A stretch of DNA of 20,000 bases, from IMG/VR virus record IMGVR_UViG_3300044998_000523; one strand, written 5' to 3'. Each line of letters starts with the position of its first letter. Position 1 is the first letter of the stretch. The notes beneath the pieces were generated by a model. The model saw only the letters and a program-made list of their open reading frames with translations, did no database searches and was not told the DNA's origin. Position numbers and translations under genes: made by a program. Positions 15,544 through 20,000 of the stretch are shown in pieces. The stretch is from an uncultured virus (IMG/VR IMGVR_UViG_3300044998_000523). Its lineage: Duplodnaviria > Heunggongvirae > Uroviricota > Caudoviricetes.

Positions 15544-15621
15544 GGAGAAGTAGCTCAGGCTAGAAGAGCGCCAGAAATTTGATTCTGGAGGTCGGGTGTG
15601 CAAATCATCCCTTTTCCACCA
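15544..15621 (+). tRNA. tRNA-like, undetermined anticodon (8-nt loop AATTTGAT)
   Basis: GGAGAAG/CTTTTCC-A-CCA, GCTC/GAGC D stem, CCAGA/TCTGG stem and T loop TGCAAAT. Confidence 0.7.
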
Positions 15622-15699
15622 AGACAAGAGACTAGAAGCCCTCCCGGAACATTGGGCCTAGCACGGAATATTCAGGTACCGAGGGCCTGGTGTTCATTT

Positions 15700-15772
15700 G
15701 CCCGAGTAGCTCAGCAACAGAGCGTCCCCAGTTTAACGGGGAAGGTCGAAGGTGTAAGTCCTTCCTCGGGCT
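15700..15772 (+). tRNA. tRNA-like, undetermined anticodon (8-nt loop AGTTTAAC; TTT or TTA)
   Basis: GCCCGAG/CTCGGGC acceptor and TCCCC/GGGGA stem. D arm and T loop are identical to those of the 15468 tRNA. Confidence 0.7.
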
Positions 15773-15779
15773 CTAATTT

Positions 15780-15855
15780 CCCACTGTAGCTCAGACTCGA
15801 GAGCGCCTGGCAAGAAGGCCGGGAGGCGATGGCTCGTTGCCATCCGGTGGGACCA
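15780..15855 (+). tRNA. tRNA-like, undetermined anticodon (loop CAAGAAGG)
   Basis: CCCACTG/CGGTGGG-A-CCA, GCTC/GAGC, CCTGG/CCGGG and T arm GATGG-CTCGTTG-CCATC. Confidence 0.68.
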
Positions 15856-15860
15856 ATCTT

Positions 15861-15936
15861 GAGGTCCTCGTCTAACACTGAGGATAGCTCCCAGAATCGG
15901 GAGAAGATCGAGGTGTGAATCCTCGGGACCTCGCCA
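15861..15936 (+). tRNA. tRNA-like, undetermined anticodon (6-nt loop AGAATC)
   Basis: GAGGTCC/GGACCTC-G-CCA, CTCCC/GGGAG and T arm CGAGG-TGTGAAT-CCTCG. Confidence 0.68.
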
Positions 15937-15941
15937 ACTTC

Positions 15942-16013
15942 TCCCTCGTAGCTTAACAAGAGAGCCCGGCGCTTCAGCCGGAGATCCTGTCTCGAAGGCA
16001 GGCGAGGGAGCCA
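15942..16013 (+). tRNA. tRNA-like, undetermined anticodon (6-nt loop GCTTCA)
   Basis: TCCCTCG/CGAGGGA-G-CCA, GCTT/GAGC, CCGGC/GCCGG and T arm CCTGT-CTCGAAG-GCAGG. Confidence 0.68.
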
Positions 16014-16019
16014 ATTTCA

Positions 16020-16097
16020 GGGGACCTAGTTTAGTACCAGCAGAACAACAGCTAAGTTAGGCTGAAGGCCGAGGTGCAATTCCTCGGGTCCCCTCCA
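16020..16097 (+). tRNA. tRNA-like, undetermined anticodon (loop TAAGTTAG)
   Basis: GGGGACC/GGTCCCC-T-CCA, CAGC/GCTG and T arm CGAGG-TGCAATT-CCTCG. Confidence 0.68.
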
Positions 16098-16100
16098 TTT

Positions 16101-16177
16101 GCTCGAGTACGCCAAAAGTAGAGCGGGCCCCATAAAGGCGGGGCTGGTTGGTGGTTCGTATCCACCCTCGAGTACCA
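16101..16177 (+). tRNA. tRNA-like, undetermined anticodon (8-nt loop ATAAAGGC)
   Basis: GCTCGAG/CTCGAGT-A-CCA, GCCCC/GGGGC and T arm GGTGG-TTCGTAT-CCACC. Confidence 0.68.
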
Positions 16178-16185
16178 AATTCATC

Positions 16186-16614
16186 ATGGAACTTGTAAAG
16201 TGTCCTCATTGTGATAAGATGTGTCATCCCAAATTTGGGATCAAAACACACATTTGGAGAGTCCACGGTGGAGGTCAGATTCATGATCCTAATCGAGGAT
16301 TCATTGACGGTTCTCGTTCTCAATGGAACAGAGATAAATGGAGCAAATCTCCAGATGAAATTCTTGTAAAGAGTGATAAGAAACACGGATCGCTAGGTCT
16401 TTGGCTTAAAAGAAGTGGGCGGGAGCACAAATGTGAAGTCTGCGAACTCGGTCCGTTTTGGAACGGTCAGAAACTAAATCTCCAAGTTGACCATATCGAC
16501 GGTGACAACACAAATCACGTTCCAACGAATCTTCGATTTATCTGTCCGAATTGTCACACTCAAACTCCAACTTATGCTTGGAGAAATAGAAAACGTAAAA
16601 AGTCTGGGCTATGA
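16186..16614 (+). CDS. HNH homing endonuclease with N-terminal C2H2 zinc finger
   Basis: CPHC...HIWRVH, then CEVC...LQVDHIDGDNTNHVPTNLRFICPNCHTQT. The start is taken at ATG 16186, after the tRNA. Confidence 0.88.
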   Translation: MELVKCPHCDKMCHPKFGIKTHIWRVHGGGQIHDPNRGFIDGSRSQWNRDKWSKSPDEILVKSDKKHGSLGLWLKRSGREHKCEVCELGPFWNGQKLNLQVDHIDGDNTNHVPTNLRFICPNCHTQTPTYAWRNRKRKKSGL

Positions 16615-16677
16615 CGTGCTGGTTGCACTGAGAAACCTGATAAGTTTCTTGGACAGATTCGATTTCTGTATAGCCCA
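16606..16677 (+). tRNA. tRNA-Ile(GAT)
   Basis: GGGCTAT/ATAGCCC and GAAAC-CTGATAA-GTTTC, with an unusual D arm. The 5' end overlaps the HNH stop codon. Confidence 0.75.
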
Positions 16678-16681
16678 CTAT

Positions 16682-16929
16682 CCTCTCGTGGCGGAAAGGA
16701 AGACGCGCCGTTAAAAAGCGATGGTCAAATCCACGGTCTCCTTGAGTGGAGGCGTCCAAGCTGACCCTGACACAAGCACGATGTGGTGTTGCCTAGGCGT
16801 GACATCAGGGAAGGCTACAGCAGGTTTGCGGAGGCACCGAATGGCAGCGAGTAGCGGTCGCTAGGGAAGCACGCTTGTCCTAAAAAGCTGTGGACGCGGT
16901 TGAGGGTTCGAATCCCTCCGAGAGGACCA
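16682..16929 (+). ncRNA. 248-nt tRNA-shaped RNA with ~175-nt structured insertion
   Basis: CCTCTCG/CGAGAGG-A-CCA acceptor, Leu-type D arm GCG-GAAAGGAAGA-CGC and canonical T arm GAGGGTTCGAATCCCTC, with a multi-helix insert between them. Confidence 0.75.
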
Positions 16930-16931
16930 AC

Positions 16932-17020
16932 TTGGCGTGCGTTAGTAGCCCGCTCGATCCGTCGTTATGCGGCGGGTGCCTGATCAGCCGAGTAGTCGGG
17001 TGCAAATCCCGAGCGCCAAA
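16932..17020 (+). ncRNA. tRNA-like RNA with branched anticodon domain
   Basis: TTGGCGT/GCGCCAA stem stacked on T arm TCGGG-TGCAAAT-CCCGA. A GCTCG/CGAGT stem encloses the hairpin ATCCGTCG-TTATG-CGGCGGGT. Confidence 0.55.
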
Positions 17021-17026
17021 ACATTT

Positions 17027-17119
17027 TCTCCCCTGCCGGAATTGGCATACGGTGCCCTCGAGGTAGGACGCCTAGGCAACGAAAGCGCGTTACGGGTTCG
17101 AGTCTCGTGGGGAGAACCA
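17027..17119 (+). tRNA. tRNA-Leu(GAG)-like, aberrant anticodon arm
   Basis: TCTCCCC/GGGGAGA-A-CCA, Leu-type D arm and long variable region. The anticodon arm GCCCT-CGAGGT-AGGAC has a 6-nt loop. Confidence 0.6.
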
Positions 17120-17129
17120 ATTCATATTT

Positions 17130-17202
17130 GCCGGGTTATTTCAGCGGCTAGAATGTCTCTTTTACAAGGAGAAGGTCGGGGGTTCGAGTCCCTCACCCGG
17201 TA
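17130..17202 (+). tRNA. tRNA-Val(TAC)
   Basis: GCCGGGT/ACCCGGT, TCTCT-TTTACAA-GGAGA and a canonical T arm. Confidence 0.92.
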
Positions 17203-17212
17203 CTAGCAATTT

Positions 17213-17287
17213 GGGAGAGTAGCTTAAGAAACAGAGCACCGGCCGTAGGGGCCGGGCGTGGCGGTGTAAAGCCGTCCTCTTCCACCA
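17213..17287 (+). tRNA. tRNA-like, undetermined (loop CGTAGGG, no U33)
   Basis: GGGAGAG/CTCTTCC-A-CCA, CCGGC/GCCGG and T loop TGTAAAG. The D loop lacks GG. Confidence 0.65.
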
Positions 17288-17292
17288 AATTT

Positions 17293-17367
17293 GCTCCATG
17301 ATGCGATTGGTATCGCAGAACCGCTGTCTACGGTTTGAAACGGGTTCGATTCCCGTATGGGGCGCCA
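17293..17367 (+). tRNA. tRNA-Asp(GTC)
   Basis: GCTCCAT/ATGGGGC-G-CCA and AACCG-CTGTCTA-CGGTT. Confidence 0.9.
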
Positions 17368-17371
17368 AATT

Positions 17372-17485
17372 CGTCGTGCCAGGGATAGCGAGCCCAGGAT
17401 CGGACCAACGTCTCGTCGCGTCCGAGGGAGTCAACCGGTCAACACGCACGTCTATTCGCGACATGCGATCAGGACTCACACGACG
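17372..17485 (+). ncRNA. unclassified structured RNA (~114 nt)
   Basis: Closed by CGTCGTG/CACGACG, with internal GGG/CCC, GACC/GGTC, CTCG/CGAG and GCA.GTC/GAC.TGC helices. Confidence 0.45.
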
Positions 17486-17494
17486 CACAATTTC

Positions 17495-17607
17495 TGTTCT
17501 ATCTTTGCTCAGGCGAAAGCCCTTGGACCGCCTCTATACACATAAGCGGGCAGCGGACGTTCGTGGGACTTTGAATCCCAAAATGAAGGAAACGGCGAAG
17601 ATAAACA
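17495..17607 (+). ncRNA. unclassified structured RNA (~113 nt) carrying an anticodon-like hairpin
   Basis: Closed by TGTT.TATCTTTGC/GCGAAGATA.AACA. Contains a GGC-GAAA-GCC GNRA hairpin and TGGGA-CTTTGAA-TCCCA. Confidence 0.45.
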
Positions 17608-17628
17608 TTAATCCCGCAAGGGATACAT

Positions 17629-17701
17629 TCACCGATAGCTCAGTGGTAGCAGCGTTCGCCTGTTAAGCGATTGGTCGTAGGTTCAAATCCTGCCCGGTGA
17701 G
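17629..17701 (+). tRNA. tRNA-Asn(GTT)
   Basis: TCACCG/CGGTGA-G, TCGC-CTGTTAA-GCGA and T arm GTAGGTTCAAATCCTGC. Confidence 0.88.
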
Positions 17702-17708
17702 CAAATTT

Positions 17709-18239
17709 ATGAGTACGTGTCGTTATTGTAGACTTGAATTTGAGCCCAGAAAGTTGGGTGGTCATACGATTCGTTGCGCTTCAAATCCAAAGCGTCAAGA
17801 ATTGATTGATAAGATTGCTCAAAATCAGGTTGGAAAGTCACTGTCTCAAAAGCATCGAGACGCTCTGTCAGAGACTATTCTGAAACGAATCCAAGCTGGT
17901 ACGTGGCACAATTCATTTGCTCGTTGTCGTCGTCATTTCTATAAGGAACAGTCCTTCGACGGTTCTTGGGAAGTGTTTCTGGCGAAATGGTTCGATGAAC
18001 ACAGCATCGATTGGGTTCGAAACCAAGAAAAGTTTCCTTACGTCCTTGACAAGCAGAGAAGCTACGTTCCCGATTTCTACCTTCCTGATATCGATTGTTA
18101 CGTCGAAGTCAAAGGCTGGAAGACGCCAAAGGACGAAGCCAAATGGAGTCAATTTCCTCGCAGATTAGTCGTGCTTTCGGGCTCTGATTTGCAAGCTTTG
18201 GGATTGCCTATTACAGTCAGAAAAGACTGGAAAATATAA
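17709..18239 (+). CDS. PD-(D/E)XK endonuclease (TnsA-N-like) with N-terminal zinc finger and NUMOD3-like segment
   Basis: CRYC...HTIRC and LSQKHRDALSE, then GSWEVFLAKWFD...YVPDFYLPDIDCYVEVKGW. Confidence 0.82.
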   Translation: MSTCRYCRLEFEPRKLGGHTIRCASNPKRQELIDKIAQNQVGKSLSQKHRDALSETILKRIQAGTWHNSFARCRRHFYKEQSFDGSWEVFLAKWFDEHSIDWVRNQEKFPYVLDKQRSYVPDFYLPDIDCYVEVKGWKTPKDEAKWSQFPRRLVVLSGSDLQALGLPITVRKDWKI

Positions 18240-18355
18240 GTTTTGCCGACACACGCTCCCATACCTCACTCACGAGGTATGGTCAAGTCCCTGTGCTGGC
18301 CAATATGCCCGGATGTGACGTCATAATCGGTGTGCAACCGAGTTCGGGCTCCAAT

Positions 18356-18432
18356 GTGAGCGAAGTGTTTTCGGCATTGCACGGACGGTTGTGGCCCGTC
18401 AAGAGTGGGTTCGACTCCCACCGCGCACACCA
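18356..18432 (+). tRNA. tRNA-His(GTG)
   Basis: GACGG-TTGTGGC-CCGTC, canonical T arm and ACCA end. Confidence 0.85.
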
Positions 18433-18449
18433 TCTCGTAGATGAGATAT

Positions 18450-18525
18450 TGTAGGGTAGATCAATTGGTAGAGCGTCTAGCTGTTAACTAGAAAGATGCA
18501 GGTTCGACTCCTGCCCCTACAGCCA
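18450..18525 (+). tRNA. tRNA-Asn(GTT), second copy
   Basis: TGTAGGG/CCCTACA-G-CCA and TCTAG-CTGTTAA-CTAGA. Confidence 0.9.
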
Positions 18526-18619
18526 AAAACGTTATGTTATACACTCTCAGATAATGGATAATGATGTAGTCCGGTAACGGACAGTGGCGTCCGATCCTAC
18601 CAATAAGCAATAAGGAGAA

Positions 18620-19711
18620 ATGATGAGAAACGTTCTTAAGAAGGCCGGAGCGGCCCTGCTCGGAGCACTGCTTCTGGCATCCGCGACGGAAGCGCGGGCG
18701 GAAGGTCCCAGCCTCCAGCTGCAAGGCGGAGTGGCTGTTCCGACCAACGATCCTCAATCAACGCGGTTCGATCCCGGCTTCTCGGGCATGGTCAGACCCT
18801 ACATCGGTCTTCATCCCATTCTGGATATCGGTCCGAGCTTGTCTTATCTGGCGCTGCCTTCGGCCGTTCCGGGTGTCGACACGGGCACCGCACTGGGAGT
18901 GGGTGGAGGCGTAAGGGTCAAGCGCCCGCACAATCACAAGGACAACCCGGGAACGGGCCTGAGCGCCCTCTCTCCCTACGCGGCGGGCGATCTGCAGTTC
19001 ATTCGAACTGGCGGTCTCAACCGCCCGGGTGTCATTCTTCAGGTCGGCGTCGCCGTCCCGACGAGCGATGCACGAACCGTCTGGGTGGGTCCCTACCTGG
19101 CTTTCCAGCAGGTGACGACCGATCCCCGATCGGGTTTCGATAGCACCGACGGTCGCTTCTTCGGCGGCGGTCTGAGCATCGAGTTCGATCCTTTCGCCAG
19201 CAAGCGAGAGAAGAAGGTCGAAACTCCTCTGCCGCAAGAGGAACCCAAGCGGGTCGAACCACCGAAGAAGGTGGAGAAGCCGACGAAGACCATCGAGCAG
19301 CGCAAGAACATGACCCGTCGATTCGAAGGACGAGTCCAATTCCTGGTCGATTCGGCAGTCATTCAGGCTTCTCAAAAGCCCATCCTCGACGAAGTTATCT
19401 CTAGTCTCAAGGAGAGCATGGAGACTTTGAGCAAAGCTGAGACCTGGACTGTCACCGTCGAGGGACACGCCTCCTCGGAAGGACCGCCCGAGCCGTATAA
19501 TCAGAAGCTTTCTGAGCGTCGAGCTGAGGCCGTCGTCGCCTATCTCAGGGCGGCAGGCATTCCGGCTGAGCACCTGAAGTCTGAGGGTCACAGCTATCGA
19601 GATCCGGTAGCCGACAATAAGACGCAGGCCGGCCGAGTCGCAAACAGACGAGTAGAGCTTGTTCTTGATTTTACGATCGTTCATAAGGTGAAAGTCGAAG
19701 GTGACCAATGA
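18620..19711 (+). CDS. OmpA-family outer membrane protein (N-terminal beta-barrel, C-terminal peptidoglycan-binding OmpA domain)
   Basis: SD TAAGGAG, signal peptide ending ARA and amphipathic strands. C-terminal VEGHAS...YNQKLSERRAEAV..YL...GRVANRRVE. Confidence 0.92.
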   Translation: MMRNVLKKAGAALLGALLLASATEARAEGPSLQLQGGVAVPTNDPQSTRFDPGFSGMVRPYIGLHPILDIGPSLSYLALPSAVPGVDTGTALGVGGGVRVKRPHNHKDNPGTGLSALSPYAAGDLQFIRTGGLNRPGVILQVGVAVPTSDARTVWVGPYLAFQQVTTDPRSGFDSTDGRFFGGGLSIEFDPFASKREKKVETPLPQEEPKRVEPPKKVEKPTKTIEQRKNMTRRFEGRVQFLVDSAVIQASQKPILDEVISSLKESMETLSKAETWTVTVEGHASSEGPPEPYNQKLSERRAEAVVAYLRAAGIPAEHLKSEGHSYRDPVADNKTQAGRVANRRVELVLDFTIVHKVKVEGDQ

Positions 19712-20000
19712 AGACTCTTTCCAAGATCAGCATCGCGGCAGCAGCTGCGATCTTCGTAGCCTGCGGCTCGCAGGTCGTCGAATTCCCGGAGTGCGATTGT
19801 CCGGTGGATACCTCTCCGCCCAGCAGCGTCGCTCCTCCGGGATCGAAAACCCCGCCCGTTCCGACGGGTTCTTCGACGGAAGAGCCCCCGCCCCCTCCGC
19901 CCCCTGTGGATGAGGAGGGTCAGCCCCCTGTCGATGAAGATGCGGGCCAGCCCCCTGTCGATGAAGATGCGGGCCAGCCCCCTGTCGATGAAGATGCGGG
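19708..20000 (+). CDS. lipoprotein with Pro-rich and QPPVDEDAG repeats (3'-truncated)
   Basis: Not in the ORF track. ATG overlaps the OmpA stop. Starts MKTLSKISIAAAAAIFVAC (lipobox FVAC) and is open to the window end. Confidence 0.85.
   Translation, partial: MKTLSKISIAAAAAIFVACGSQVVEFPECDCPVDTSPPSSVAPPGSKTPPVPTGSSTEEPPPPPPPVDEEGQPPVDEDAGQPPVDEDAGQPPVDEDA
19921..20000 (+). repeat. 27-bp tandem repeat, at least 3 copies
   Basis: CAGCCCCCTGTCGATGAAGATGCGGGC at 19921, 19948 and 19975 (the last cut by the window edge). Confidence 0.95.

Noticed and set aside
15700..16013. Ochre (TTA) or opal/Sec (TCA) suppressor tRNA calls
   Set aside because: The loops are 8 and 6 nt so the anticodon register is ambiguous, and there is no Sec-type long acceptor or variable arm.
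14473..16100. Short ORFs of 60-110 aa on both strands in the RNA island (e.g. 14473-14808, 14562-14759, 15733-16014)
   Set aside because: They overlap tRNAs or structured RNAs, and have no SD or protein-like composition.
16682..16929. tmRNA or group I intron call
   Set aside because: No G3-U70 or GGGG 5' end, a D stem is present, there is no ALAA-like tag and no recognisable P7 core. Left unclassified pending a covariance-model search.
18758..19708. 316-aa minus-strand ORF
   Set aside because: Antisense shadow of the OmpA gene, with no motifs.
19921..20000. Possible CRISPR array
   Set aside because: The repeats are head-to-tail without spacers and in frame within a lipoprotein.

Overview
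This window looks like a fragment of a large (jumbo-type) dsDNA bacteriophage genome, almost all on the + strand. The likely host is a Gram-negative bacterium, possibly Myxococcota (inference from the OmpA protein, the DAG-repeat lipoprotein and the RtcB remnant). Bases 1-11.8 kb are a dense gene run: a DsbA/GapR-like DNA-binding protein, a 5'-3' exonuclease, a PLP aminotransferase, a membrane zincin, a lysozyme-like protein with a C-terminal anchor, a Nudix hydrolase, an M15 endolysin, a UDP-sugar dehydrogenase, a papain-like protease and four AT-rich free-standing endonucleases, two of them split by single-base frameshifts. Bases 11.9-18.5 kb are an RNA island. It holds about 15 recognisable tRNAs and about 10 tRNA-like genes with good acceptor and T stems but non-decodable anticodon loops and remodelled elbows. 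It also holds a 248-nt tRNA-shaped RNA with a giant structured insertion, two ornate ~310-340-nt ncRNAs, several smaller structured RNAs, HNH/PD-(D/E)XK nucleases directly behind tRNAs, and a collapsed rtcB pseudogene. The window ends with an OmpA-family gene and a lipoprotein with a 27-bp tandem repeat. The best candidate for an undescribed system is the block of anticodon-scrambled tRNA mimics together with the large structured RNAs. All RNA structures were folded by eye and no searches were run.
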